Positions 11,715-23,940 of a stretch of DNA of 64,000 bases are shown here, in pieces. The translations under genes were made by a program, and so were the position numbers. Positions within the stretch are counted from its first letter, which is position 1. Every line of letters starts with the position of its first letter. The stretch is taken from NCBI GenBank assembly GCA_030390025.1, contig CM059432.1, positions 110,796,001-110,860,000 of the forward strand. The letters run 5' to 3'. The notes below the pieces were generated by a model. It saw only the letters and a list, made by a program, of their open reading frames with translations, searched no databases and was not told where the DNA came from. This stretch comes from Squalus acanthias. Taxonomy: Eukaryota.

Positions 11715-12641
11715 TTAGTTTAAACCCTCCCCCAGAGCACTAGCAAACACTCCACCTAGGACATCGGTCCTGGTCCTGCCCAGGTGCAAACCGTCCGATT
11801 TGTACCTCCCCCAGAACCGGTTCCAATATCCCAGGAATTTGAATCCATCCCCCTTGCACCATTCCTCTAGCCAAGTATTCATCTGAAATATCCTTCTATT
11901 TCTACTCTGACTAGCACGTGGCACTGGTAGCAATCCTGAGATTACTACCTTTGAGGTCCTATTTTTTAATTTACCTCCTAACTCCCTATATTCAGTTTTT
12001 AGGACCTCATCCCATTTTTTACCTATATCGTTGGTACCTATATGCACCACGACAACTGGCTGTTCACCCTCCCCCTCCAGAATGCCCTGCAGCCGCCCCG
12101 AGACATCCTTGACCCTTGCACCAGGGAGGCAACACACCAGCCTGGAGTCTCGTTTGCGACCGCAGAAACGCCTATCTATTCCCCTTACAATAGAATCCCT
12201 TATCACCATAGCTCTACCCCTCTTTTTCCTCCCGTCCTGTGCAGCAGAACCACCCATGGTGCCAGGAAGTTGGCTGCTGCTGCGTTCCCCTGATAAGCCA
12301 TCCCCCTCAACAGTATCCAAAGCGGTATATCTGTTTGAGAGCGGGATGTCCACAGGGGACTCCTGCACTACCTGCCTGTGCCTACTACTCTGCCTGGTGG
12401 TCACCCATTCCCTTTCTGCCTGTGCAGCCTTTACCTGCGGTGTGACCAACTGGTTAAACGTGCTATCCACGAGGTCCTCAGCATCGCGAATGCTCCAGTA
12501 TGTATCCATTCGCAGCTCCAGCGCCAGCAGCTGCAGCTGGATACACTTCCTGCACACATGGTCGTCAGGGACACAGGAAGTGTCCCCGATTTCCCACATA
12601 GCGCAGGAGGAGCATACCACGGCGCCGAGCTGTGTTGCCAT
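11715..12641 (-). CDS. CR1 ORF1 protein (CxxC..CxxC zinc finger plus SGNH/GDSL esterase-like domain), 308 aa, open
   Basis: CSSC...CRKC, LSNRY, RDSIVRG (GDS block with G>R), HIGTND, DGLHL. ATG start and no internal stops. Confidence 0.88.
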   Translation of the reverse strand: MATQLGAVVCSSCAMWEIGDTSCVPDDHVCRKCIQLQLLALELRMDTYWSIRDAEDLVDSTFNQLVTPQVKAAQAEREWVTTRQSSRHRQVVQESPVDIPLSNRYTALDTVEGDGLSGERSSSQLPGTMGGSAAQDGRKKRGRAMVIRDSIVRGIDRRFCGRKRDSRLVCCLPGARVKDVSGRLQGILEGEGEQPVVVVHIGTNDIGKKWDEVLKTEYRELGGKLKNRTSKVVISGLLPVPRASQSRNRRIFQMNTWLEEWCKGDGFKFLGYWNRFWGRYKSDGLHLGRTRTDVLGGVFASALGEGLN

Positions 12642-12908
12642 GACTTACCCTTTAATTAATTGAACTTAAATTAAATCAAATCAATCCCACCAATTACACT
12701 ATAATTAAATGATATAGGGCCCTTGTTTACCAACTGTCCCCGCTACACCACAGAGACCCTAGAAACTATAAACCACAAAATTTAAGTTTGGAAAAAGGAG
12801 AAAAAGAGAATTACTCACCAACCAATCACTTACCTGCTTTCTGGTGGCGTCACACTTTGATTATTTTTTACTTCTCTCTCTCCCGCTCTCAGGGCTCAGA
12901 TTGGTAAG

Positions 12909-13204
12909 CCTACCTGGTCGCTGCCGCCTTTTACTGCCACTGCCTCACCGCTGTTGCTCCACCCAGGTCCGCCGCCTCTGTGGGCCTACCTGGTCGCTGC
13001 CGCCTTTTACTGCCACTGCCTCACCGCTGTCGCTCCACCCAGGTCCGCCGCCTCTGTGGGCCTACCTGGTCGCTGCCGCCTTTTACTGCCACTGCCTCAC
13101 CGCTGTCGCTCCACCCAGGTCCGCCGCCTCTGTGGGCCTACCTGGTCGCCGCCACCTTTTATTGCCGCTGCCTAACCGCTGTCGCTCCACCCAGGTCCGC
13201 CGCC
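12909..13204 (-). repeat. Tandem array of about 3.9 x 76-bp GC-rich units at the CR1 5' end
   Basis: Units start at 12909, 12985, 13061 and 13137 (CCTACCTGGTCGCTGCCGCCTTTTACTGCC...) and are nearly identical. Confidence 0.95.
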
Positions 13205-13260
13205 AGGTCAGACATGATGGGCCACATGGCCTCCTTCTATGCCATAAATTTCTATGATTT

Positions 13261-13975
13261 AACTATTTCTATACTCATTAGGGTGTGGTACTGGGAGTAA
13301 TCCAGTGATTAGTACCTTTGAGGTCCGACTCTTTAATTTCCTCTTGAGCTTCTGAAACTCAACCTTTTTCCTTTCTATGTCATTGGTTCCCACATGGACC
13401 ACGACTTCTGGCTGTTCCCCTTTCCCCCTCAAAATGTTTTGCACCCTCTCGGTGATGTCCTTGACCCTGGTACCAGGGAAGGAACGCATAATGCAAGACT
13501 CACGTCGGCGGTTGCAGAAATGCCTGTCTGTCCCCCTGACTATCGCATTCTCTATGACAACTACATTTCTAAACTTTGCTGTGCCCCCTCCTTGTGCAGT
13601 CATTTGCCCCACATTGCAGTGGATGTGCACTAGACTGCATTCCCCCGAGGTGTCGTCACCCTCACCGGTATTCAGCGCTGAAACTGGTTTGAGAGTGCCA
13701 CACTCCCGGAGGAGTCCTGCATTGCCTGCCTCTTGCCACCCTGCCAGATGACCATCCACTTATTCTCCTGAACTCTCTGTAGCTGCGGGGTTACCACCTC
13801 CTGGAACGTGCGCTCCCATGTGCCCTGCAGTGACTCCAGTGACTCAGAAACCTGGAGCTCGAGTCTGAGCAACTGGAGCCACTTCCTGCACACATGGTTA
13901 TCCAGGACACGAAGCATCCTGGAGTTCCCACATGGCACAGGAATTGCAAGGAACAGGTCTCAGCTGTCCCATCAT
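13261..13975 (-). mobile_element. Degenerate CR1 ORF1 remnant
   Basis: HVCRKW, LSNQF, VVVHVGTND, ITGLLPVP in ORFs 13672-13938 and 13259-13759. Confidence 0.85.
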
Positions 13976-14591
13976 TTTGATGAGTTGCCTTTCATACAAA
14001 TCCCTTATAAAACACGCAAAAGCTAACATTTTCAGCTTTACTGTGATTATCTGGAACTGACTTTCTGGTGCGCTGTTTGAATGTCTATTTTGAACAATGG
14101 CAGGCGGTACATCAAGAAAATCAGCTAATAGTTTGTTACATTAAGGCCCTATAATGCCTTTGTGGTAACTGGCACATGAGGACAACAGCTTGTCTTGTAC
14201 TGCCTCTAAAATTCCATTCAGTGCATCTCAACAGTGCTCGTCACAGTATTAGAATTGTGCACCTTACTGTTGGTTTCCAGTTAGTGCCATCACAACGCTG
14301 GTGTGAAACATGAGCTCTGCCAAAGAGTGAAAATACCTGTCATTATATCTGCCCACATGCAGTTCAAGTTACCTGTGTGTTAATATTATATTCATAGTTT
14401 TCAAAAATAAGCAGCAGCAAATCTTCATTTTGATATGAAGGCCCTGAAAGTCAGAGTCAGAGCGCAAGCTGAACACGGAAAACTCAGAAAAAAATTCTAA
14501 AGTGGCGTTACTGCTGCGGAGGGAACAGATTGGTGTAAGTGTTAGTTTGTTTTATTAAATTGTTCATTTGTTTCACTGTTGATAATTCACT

Positions 14592-17510
14592 TTTTTTTTA
14601 TCCGTTTATGGGATGTGGGCGTCGCTGGCATTTATTGCCCATCCCTAATTGCCCTTGAGAAGGTGGTGGTAAGCCACCTTCTTGAACCGCTGCAGTCCGT
14701 GTGGTGAAGGTACTCCCACAGTGCTGTTAGGGAGGGAGTTCCAGGATTTCGACCCAGCGACGATGAAGGAACGGCGATATATTACCAAGTCAGGATGGTG
14801 TGTGACTTGAAGGGGAACATGGAGGTGGTGCTGTTTAAATGCGCCTGCTGCCCTTGTCCTTCTAGGTGGTTGAGGTCACGGGTTTGGAATGTGCTGCCGA
14901 AGAAGCCTTGGCGAGTTGCTGCAGTGCATCTTGTAGATGGTACACACTGCAACCACGGTACGCCGGTGCTAGAGGGAGTGAATGTTTAAGGTAGTGGATA
15001 GGGTGCCAATCAAGTGGGCTGCTTTGTCCTGAGTGGTGTCGAGCTTCTTGAGTGTTGTTGGAGCTGCACTCATCCAGGCAAGTGGAGAGTATTCCATTAC
15101 ATTCCTGACTTGTGCCTTGTAGATGGTGGAAAGGCTTTGGGGAGTCAGGAGGTGAGACACTCGCCGCAGAATACCTAGCCTCTGACCTGCTCTTGTTGCC
15201 ACAGTATTTATGTGGCTGGTCCAGTTAGGTTACTGGTCAATGGTGACCCCCAGGATGTTGATGGTGGGGGATTCGGCGATGGTAATGCCGTTGAATGTCA
15301 AGGGGTGGTGGTTAGACTCTCGCTTGTTGGAGACAGTCATTGCCTGGCACTTGTGTGGCGCGAATGTTACCTGCCACTTATCAGCCCAAGCCTGAATGCC
15401 GTCCAGGTCTTGTTGCATGCGGGCATGGACTGCTTCATGATCTGAAGAGTTGTGAATGGCGCTGAACACTGTGCAGTCATCAGCGAACATCCCCATTTCT
15501 GACCTTATGATGGAGGGAAGGTCATTGATGAAGCAGCTAAAGATGATTGGCCCTAGGACTCTGCCCTGAGGAACTCCTGCAGCGATGTCCTGGGGCTGTG
15601 ATGATTGACCTCCAACCACCACAACCATCCACCTTTGTGCTAGGTATGACTCCAGCTAGTGGAGCGTTTTCCCCCCGATTTCCATTGACTTCAGTTTTAC
15701 TAGGGCCACACTCGGTCAAATGCTGCCTTGATGTCAAGGGCAGTCACTCTCAACTCACCTCTGGAATTCAGCTCCTTTGTCCATGTTTGGACCAAGGCTG
15801 TAATGAGGTTGGGAGCTGAGTGGTCTTGGCGGAACCCAAACTGGGCATCAGTGAGCAGGTTATTGGTGAGTAAGTGCTGCTTGATAGCACTGTCGATGAC
15901 ACCTTCCATCACTTTGCTGATGATTGAGAGTAGACTGATGGGGCGGTAATTGGCTGGATTAGATTTGTCCTGCTTTTTGTGAACAGGACATATCTGGGCA
16001 GTTTTCCACATTGTCGGATAGATGCCAGTGTTGTAGCTGTACTGGAACAGCTTGGCTAGAGGCGCGGCTAGTTCTGGAGCACAAGTCTTCAGCCCGACAG
16101 CCGGGATGTTGTCGGGGCCCATAGCCTTTGCTGTATCCAGTGCGCTCAGCCGTTTCTTGATATCATGTGCAGTGAATCGAATTGGCTGAAGATTGGCTTC
16201 TGTGATGGTAGGGACCTCAGGAGGAGGCTGATATGGATCAATCACTCGGCACTTGTGGCTGAAGATGGTTGCAAACGCTTCAGCCTTGTCTTTTGCACTC
16301 ACGTACTGGGCTCCACCATCATTGAGGATGGGGATATTCATGGAGCCTCCTTCTCCCGTTAGTAGTTTCATGGTTCACCATCATTCACAACTGGATGTGG
16401 CAGGACTGAAGAGCTTTGATCTGATCCGTTGATTGTGGGATCGCTTAGCCCTGTCTATAGCATGCTGCTTCCGCTTTTTAGCATGCATGTAGCCCTGTGT
16501 TGCAGCTTCCCCAGGTTGGCACCTCATTTTTAGGTATGCCTGGTGCTGCTCCTGGCATGCTCTTCTACACTCCTTATTGAACCAGGGTTGGTCCCCTGGC
16601 TTGATGGCAATGGTAGAGTGAGGAATATGCTGGGCCTTGAGGTTACAGATTGTGATGGAATACAATTCTGCTGCTACTGATGGCCCACAGCGCCTCATGG
16701 ATGCCCAGTTTTGAGCTGCTAGATCTATCTCATTTAGCACAGTGGTAGTGCCACACAACACGATGGGGGGTGTCCTCAGTGTGAAGATGGGACTTCGTCT
16801 CCGCAATGACTGTGAGGTGGTCACTGCTACCAATACTGTCATGGACAGCTGCATCTGCGACAGGTAGATTGGTGAGGACGAGGTCAAGTAGGTTTTTCCC
16901 TCATGTTGGTTCTCTCACCAACTGTCGCAGGCCCAGACTGGCAGCTGTGTCCTTCAGGAAACGGCCAGCTCAGTCAGTAGTGGTGCTACCGAGCCACTCT
17001 TGGTGATGGACATTGAAGTCCCCCACCCAGAGTACATTCTGTGCCCTTGCTACTCTCAGTGCTTCTTCCAAGTGGTGTTCAACTTGGAGGAGTACTGATT
17101 CATCAGCTGAGGGAGGGCGGTATGTGGTAATCAGCAGGAGGTTTCCTTGCCCATGCTTGACCTGAAGCCATGAGTCAATGTTGAGGACTCCCAGGGCCAC
17201 TCTCTCCCGACTGTACACCACTGTGCTGCCACCTCTGGTGGGTCTGTCCTGCCGGTGGGACAGGACATACCCAGGGATGGTGATGGAGGAGTTTGGGACA
17301 TTGGCTGAAAGGTATGATTCTGTGAGTATGACTATGTCAGGCTGTTGCTTGACTAGTCTGTGGGACAGCTCTCCCCAGATGTTGGTGAGGAAGACTTTGC
17401 AGGGTCAACTGGGCTGGGTGTGCCGTTGCCGTGTCTGTAGTCGGGGCCAAGGTGATGACGGGCGGTCCGTCCGGTTTTATTCTTATTATTCGTTTTCGTA
17501 GCAGTTTGTT
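14592..17510 (-). mobile_element. Second LINE family (APE-RT, CR1/L2 group sensu lato), degenerate ORF2 with A-rich tail
   Basis: TTYRPPS, VGDFNVH (APE); KPGDQPWF; KAMGPD, NYRPISLLS, QFGF, DIKAAFDRV, GVPQG, FADD (RT). T-run at 14592 is the tail. Same family as 47770-48730. Confidence 0.9.
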
Positions 17511-17515
17511 ACAAC

Positions 17516-18120
17516 TGATGTTTTCTGTTTTGAATACCGGGGAGGGTGACGACTCCTTGGAGGAATGAGGTAAGAATCAAACCCCCGGTACCATAGGAGA
17601 TTTGACTGCACACAGCGGGAAAGAGTAGACATGCAGTAGTCGTAGGGGATTCGATAGGGGCATAGACAGGCGCTTCTGTAACCGCAAATGTGATTTCCCG
17701 AATGGTACGTTGCCTCCTGGTGCCAGGATAAAGGATATCACCCAACGGGTGCAGGACATTCTGCGAGGGGAAGAGTAACAGCCAGAAGTTGTGGTCCATG
17801 TTGGAACCAGTGACAATGACATGTTTCAGGAGCTAGGAAAAATATTAAAAAACATCACCTCAAAAGGTAGTAATCTCAGGATTACTCCCAGTACCATGCA
17901 CTAGTGAGTATAGAAACAGGAAGATAGTGCAGGTAAATCCATGGCTGGAGAAGAGGTGCAGGAGGGAGGGTTTCAAGTTCTTGGGGCATTGGGGGAAGGG
18001 GCATCTGTACAAGATGGACGGATTGCACCTGAACAGAGCCGGGACCAATGAACCCGCTGAGAGGTTAACTAGTACTGTTGGGGAGGGTTTAAACTAATTT
18101 GGCAGGAGGAGGGGAATCAG
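17516..18120 (+). mobile_element. Degenerate CR1 ORF1 (esterase) remnant
   Basis: + strand encodes VVGDSIG, VVHVGTSD, SGLLPVP and DGLHLNRAG across stops and frameshifts. Confidence 0.8.
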
Positions 18121-18236
18121 AAAGGAGCAGCAATGAGATCAGTGGAGAGAGATATAAACAGCGGTAAAATTAGAAATATCCCCAAAATTGCTGGAACCAG
18201 ATTGAGGAAAATAGCAAAAGCGACGAAGGAGGTATT

Positions 18237-18450
18237 GGCCCAGAGTTTGCGGTGGTAATGACGACTAAACTGTCAGCGCTCACCACCATTATCCCCTCTG
18301 AAACTGACAGTATTTTCAGGATTCAGCACATGCACAGATAAACGCAGAAATCCTGAAGCGGCGGTCAGTCATTCACTGCTCCACCACAGGTTGCACTGTG
18401 GGACTCCCCAGAGCCAGCAATCAATTCAAATCACACTGAAGGACGAAAAC
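18237..18450. mobile_element. Terminal fragment of a Harbinger-type MITE
   Basis: Starts GGCCCAGAGTTTGC and is homologous to the reverse complement of 50460-50588. Confidence 0.55.
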
Positions 18451-18469
18451 ATCGTGAGCAGCGAATACA

Positions 18470-20820
18470 GTAAACTAAATTGAAAGACGTACAAGTAAAT
18501 CGCTTTTCACCTGGAAGGAGGAGGTAAAAGGGCAGGTGTTGCACGAGAAGGTGCCGTGGGATGGGGAGGGGGTGTTGGGGGTGATTGAGGAGTGGACCAG
18601 GGTGTCACGGAGGGAGCGGTCCCTTCGAATGCTGAAATGGGAGGGGAGCGGAAGGTGTGTTTGGTGGTGGTGGTATCACGCCAGAGATGGCGGAAATGGC
18701 GGAAGATGATCTGATAAATGTGAAGGGTGGTGGGTTGGAAGGTGAGGACAAAGGGAACCCTATCGTGGTTCTGGGAGGGAGGGAAGGGTGAAAGCAGAAG
18801 TGCGTGAAATGGGATGGACACGGTCGAGGACCCTGACAACCACGGTAGAGGGGAAGCCTTGTTTGAGGAAAAAGGAAGACATATCGGAAGCTCTGGTGTG
18901 GAAGGTGGCATCGTCAGAACAGATAGAATATAAGAACATAAAAATTAGGAGCAGGAGTAGGCCATACGGCCCTTCGAGCCTGCTCCGCCATTCAATAAGA
19001 TCATGGTTGATCTTCGACCTCAACTCCACTTTCCCACCCGATCCCCATATCCCTTGATTCCCCTAGAGTCCAAAAATCAATCTATCTCAGCCTTGAATAT
19101 ACTCAACGACTCAGCATCTACAGCCCTTTGAAGTAGAGAATTCCAAAGATTCACAACCCTCTGAATGAAGAAATTCCTCCTCATCTCAGTCTTAAATGCC
19201 TACACCTTATCCTGAGACTATGCCCCTAGTTCTAGACTCTCCAGCCAAGCGAAAAAACCTCTCAGCATCTACCCTGCCAATCCCCCTCAGAATCTTGTAT
19301 GTTTCAATGAGATCACCTCTCATTCTTCTAAACTCCAGAGAGCATAGGCACAATCTACTCAATCCCTCCTCATAGGACAACCCTCTCACCCCAAGAATCA
19401 ATCTAGTGAACCTTCGCTGCACCGACTGTAAGGCATGTTTGTACTTTTTCAGATAAGGAGACCAAAACTGTGCACAGTACTCCAGGTGTGGTCTCACCAA
19501 GGCCCTGTACAATTGTCGCAAGACTTCCATACTCTTGTACTCCAACTCCCTTGCAATAAAGGCTAACATGACATTTGCCTTCCTAATTGCTTGCTGTACC
19601 TGCATGCTGACTTTCTGTGTTTCCTGTACAAGGACACCTAAATCTCTCTGAAGACCAACATTTAATAGTTTCTCACCATTTAAAAAATATTCTGTTTTTT
19701 CTATTCATCCTACCAAAATGAATAACCTCACATTTCCTCATATTATACTCCATCTGCCACCTTAATGCCCACTCACTTAACCTATCCCTTTGCAGGCTCT
19801 TTGTGATGGAGATGGAGAAACTGGGAGAATGGAATACAGTCCTTACAGGAAGCAGGGTGGGAGGAAGTGTAGTCCAGGTAGCTGTGAGAGTCAGTGGGCT
19901 TATAGTGGATATTGGCCTATCCGCAATAATGGAGACAGAGAAGGCGAGGAAGAGAAGGGATGAGTCGGAGATGGACCATGTGAAGGTGAGGGAAGGGAAA
20001 TTGGAAGCAAAGTGAATGAAATTTTCTAGTTCAGGGTGAGAGCAGGAAACGGCACCAATACAGACATCAATGTACTGGAAAAAGAGGTGAGGGAGGGGAC
20101 CTGAGTAAGACTGGAACAAAGAATGTTCCACATATCCCACTAAAAGGCAGACATAGTTGGGACCCATGCGGGTTCCCATAGCAACACCTTTAATTTGGAG
20201 GAAGTGACTGGAGTCAAAGGAGAAGTTGTTCAATGTGAGAACAAGTTCAGCCAGGTGGAGGAGGGTGGTGGTGGATGGGGACTGGTTGGGCCTCCGTTCG
20301 AGGAAGAAGCGGAGTGCCCTCAGGCCATCCTGGTGGGGGATGGAGGTGTAGAGGGATTGGACAGTCATGATGAAAAGGAGATGGTTAAGGCCAGGAAACT
20401 GGAAACTGTTGAAGTGGCGGAGGACGTCGCAAGAGTCGTGGATGTAGGTAGGAAGAGACTGGACAAGGGGAGAAAAAAAAGAGTTGAGATAGGAAGAAAT
20501 CAGTTCCGTGGGGCAAGAACAGGCTGAAACGATGGGTCTACCAGGGCAGTCCTGTTTGTTGATCTTGGGAAGGAGGTAGAAGCGGGCTGTGCAGGGTTGG
20601 GCGATTATGAGCTTGGAGGCTGTGGAGGGAAGATCTCCAGAAAAGATGAGGTCAGTGACAGTCTTGGAAACGATGGCTTGATATTTGGTAGTGGGGGTCA
20701 TGTCCAGGGGGAGGTAGGAGGAGATGTCAGAGAGTTGGCAAGGTAGAGGTCGGTTCGCCAAACAACAACAGCGCCACCCTCGTCAGCAGGTTTAATGACC
20801 ATGTTCGGATTGCACCTGAG
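18470..20820 (-). mobile_element. Penelope-like retroelement (Neptune-type RT and start of GIY-YIG region), degenerate, split by CR1
   Basis: ORF 19673-20761: FYLLPKINK..PGRPIVS, SLYTSIPH, LTLNNFSF, QIKGVAMGT, QYIDV. The 18470-18920 part matches the 58977-59500 copy. Confidence 0.9.
18926..19800 (-). mobile_element. CR1 3' fragment nested in the Penelope-like element
   Basis: ORF 19207-19605 (VRPHLEYC, RGDLIETYKIL); tail at 18926-18945. Confidence 0.93.
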
Positions 20821-21124
20821 AGAACGGAATGCTGCACGCTAACTGTTCTGTTCTCCTTCCCAGCATTTCAACAGCTATCAGAATCAGTTATTCTACAGGT
20901 GTGAAAATAACGCGGAGTCTCACAGCTGATTGCTTTTTCCCCCAAATCTAAGGTCTCATAACAGTTGAGATGATCGGACAGTTATGACCTAAACTCCCTC
21001 TGGCAGGTTCCCGTGTGGCAAATACTGTATTGTCAGCATGAATAAAAACAATGTGTGCAAAAGGCTTAAGCACTTAATGTAGTCCATCAACAGTTTCAAA
21101 CCCCTATTAGAAATTGATTAAAGA

Positions 21125-21480
21125 TTATACAGCACCTTATCACATATCCCAGAAACATCCCAAAGCACTTTACATACAATAAATTGCTCTGAAATGCAGC
21201 GACTGCTGTTATGCATGGGCAAATATGGTAGCCATCTTGTGTGTAGCAAGATCCCTCAAACAGTAATGAGACAAATTATTGATTAATTTGTTAAGAGAGG
21301 ATTGTTGGATGTTGGCCATGGGATTGATCATGTTCACCTGAGCAGGCAGATAGGAGCTCTCATCCAAAACACGGCACCGCCAACAATTCCCTCAGTTATA
21401 ATCTTCCTAATGAGTCCTGGAGTGAGATATGAACATGTAACCTTTTGACTCACAAGATGCCAACACAGCTAAACCGATAC
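21125..21480 (-). mobile_element. Old degenerate DeuSINE-type SINE
   Basis: Patchy reverse-complement similarity to 21717-22133 (CTCATCCAAAA..GGCACC, CCCAAAGCACTTTACA). Confidence 0.55.
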
Positions 21481-21716
21481 TTTGTTTTGTTCTTTTTATT
21501 GACAGGTCATAGAATAAAGCAACTAATTAATCTCAAAGGCTTTTATTTATCTACCCGAAGCATAATATTTGTATTTTACCATCCCATAGAAGCAGTAAGT
21601 CAGCCTTTTGATCTTCTAACCTCAAACAATCAGCCTCAGGTAAAATCTTCATATAAAACTTATCTCAATTATTAAATGAATTTAATGTTGTGCTATGTGT
21701 TCAGTATTAGATGTGT

Positions 21717-22133
21717 CAGCCAGTGGCTCAGTTGGTAGCACCCTTGCCTCGGGGTCAGAAGGTTATGGGTTCAAGTCCCACCCCAGAGCACTCTCGGAGG
21801 TGCCGTCTTTTGGATGAGATGTTAAACCGAGGCCCTGTCTTCTCTCTCAGGTGGATGTAAAAGATCCCATGGCACTATTTTGAAGAAGAGCAGGGGAGTT
21901 ATCCCCAGTGTTCTGGCCAATATTTATCCCTCAACCAACATAACAAAAACAGATTATCTGGTCATTATCACATTGCTGTTTGTGGGAGTTTGCTGAGCGC
22001 AAATTGACTGCCGCATTTCCCACATTACAACAGTGACTACACTTCAAAAAGTACTTCATTGGCTGTAAAGCGCTTTGGGGATGTCCGGTGGTCGTGAAAG
22101 GCGCTGGAGAAATGCAAGTCTTTCTTTCTTTTT
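21717..22133 (+). mobile_element. tRNA-derived DeuSINE (SacSINE1-like)
   Basis: A box TGGCTCAGTTGG, B box GGTTCAAGTCC, Deu-domain GGAGGTGCCGTCTTTTGGATGAGATGTTAAACCGAGG..GTAAAAGATCCCATGGCAC, CTTT tail. Confidence 0.88.
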
Positions 22134-22409
22134 AGATGAGGCACAAGTGTTGGATCATTAGTGTGTAAGGTCCCTCTAAAAATACTAAACCCATAATCCC
22201 TCAACCGGTGGTCAACAGGGGAAAACCTATTTTTCCAGATTTATTGAGCTAGCTGTAGATGGGTTAGAGCATTATTCTTCCTATTGAATTGGTCTGTTGT
22301 CTCTTTCTGGGAGTGGTTTGGGTATTGTGTTGAGTGAATTGTCTACATCCAAACGTTCTGGGCAGCAGTCCAGGAAGCCACAAAACAATGCCTATGGACG
22401 CAGACCCAT

Positions 22410-22762
22410 TCCTTTGATGTTACTCATTGGGGAATGAAGCATGCATATATGGTTCTGTGGACACCTGTCAACCTACCCCAAGTGACCATTATGCATGCAT
22501 AAAACTTGTCAGTCAGATTTGGCAGGCCATTTCACAGCCACAAGCTATCTTCACTCAATACCCACACGTACAATCACAGGCTAGCAATCAGAACTGAGAG
22601 CCATGAGCTATTTTTCACACTCTAACTTCGAGGCATCAAGGTCAATTGTAGCACTCCCACTGCCGTCCAGGCTATCAGACTAACGCAGCACAGGCACTGA
22701 ACCGGGAATTACACTGGTGTGCACGAGCCAACTACTCACTGCATAAACTTGCTGGGCCATTG
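22410..22762 (-). mobile_element. Probable ancient SINE relic
   Basis: tRNA-like head on the minus strand near 22700-22762 and weak similarity to 32600-33000. Heavily decayed. Confidence 0.35.
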
Positions 22763-23141
22763 CAGGATCTTGCAAGATTTTCTAGGATCATTATATGAGT
22801 TAAATGAGTTAACTTCACATTATTGGTTGAAATCAGACTGAATGCAGCATCTTCGGTGTAACAGTCCCAAAACAGTGGCACAACGAGCATATTACCTGCC
22901 CCAGCGTTTGACGGCCAGTGAAATGAAGATGCAGTTGTAGGAGGTGGCACCTTGGGTCAACACTAGATATGCCACCCGCCCGACTTCATCAGGACAGTCT
23001 TGATTTTGAAGCCTCGAGTCCTGTGTAGGGATGCTTATTTGTCCCAAATTTCAGTTTCAGTCGCGCTTTTCGAACAAAATAGTGAGATTAGTACGTTAAA
23101 GATGCTATTTAAATGCAAGTTGTTGTTGATTTAGCAATGCA

Positions 23142-23930
23142 GGCCTCGATTTTTCCTGGGTGGTGGAGGGAAGGGTATGCACGAGCCTAGTATTGGGCGA
23201 TGAACCCGGCAAGGTCGGGGATGTGGAGGCCCTGCCGATCTTAACAGCAGGGCCGCATTTAAATAAAACTTCTCGAACTTGACACCCGGACAGATGAACT
23301 ACCTGGCCAGCGGTCGGGAGCAGGAATTTGGCTGCAGCTGAGAACCCGTAGGAATGATTTCTGGCAATCAGTGGATGGGAGAGATGGGGGGGGGATTCCC
23401 TTGCCTCGTGGTGGGAGTGTGAGGTTGGGGTTTCCTTTCCATCAGCAATCAGGGTTGCCAACTCCTCAATATATTCCTGTAGGTTTCATCACATGACCTC
23501 CTGCCTTCAACTGCCCCGCCCCTACACTCCCACCATTGGCCGCCCAACACATCCATCATCACAGTGCCCCGCCTTCCCTCACCAATTGGAAAGCAAACAG
23601 ACTCTCTGTCACCCGACTGGATGATTCTTGACTGTCAGTCAAACAGCCTTTTTACCCCATGTCCAATATTTTTATGAATAATAAACAGAAGTGTTCAAAG
23701 TAAATTAAAAAAATACACCAGTACAGTATTTTTAATGCCACTATGATATTTCTCCCGGGTTTCCTGTAGCAATGTCCTCGAGATAAATCTTCAATTCCTG
23801 GTGAATCCAGGATAATTACTAGAGGCCAGCGTTTTAAAACTTACCTGGTCCTCTTCTGGCCAGTCAGCACCTCTCGCTGTGTTTCTGCTGCCGGGCAGAA
23901 CTCCCCCCGCGTTGACATTAAAATTCTGTC
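23142..23930. mobile_element. Probable Harbinger-type MITE with a nested hAT (Blackjack-like) MITE at about 23450-23825
   Basis: Starts GGCCTCGATTTT and resembles 49272-50040 internally. The nested segment starts CAGGGTTGCCAAC. TSDs not resolved. Confidence 0.45.
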
Positions 23931-23940
23931 ACGGCACCAT

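Larger units (their letters stand above)
7778..13208 (-). mobile_element. Apparently full-length CR1 LINE (5' repeat array, ORF1, ORF2, TTCTATGT tail) carrying a MITE
   Basis: 5' array, ORF1 11715-12641, ORF2 about 10740-7869 and the tail at 7778-7790 lie in the correct order and orientation. Confidence 0.93.

Noticed and set aside
12844..13300. Overlapping repetitive ORFs (137, 73 and 106 aa)
   Set aside because: By-products of the stop-poor 76-bp GC-rich tandem array, on the strand antisense to the CR1.
20838..20905. Branch point, pyrimidine tract and CAG acceptor with a 35-nt mini-exon
   Set aside because: Weak donor, no recognisable peptide, and no partner exons.
21717..21790. tRNA-like A/B boxes (also at 24220 and 27938)
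   Set aside because: These are SINE heads followed by Deu or V domains and tails, not tRNA genes.
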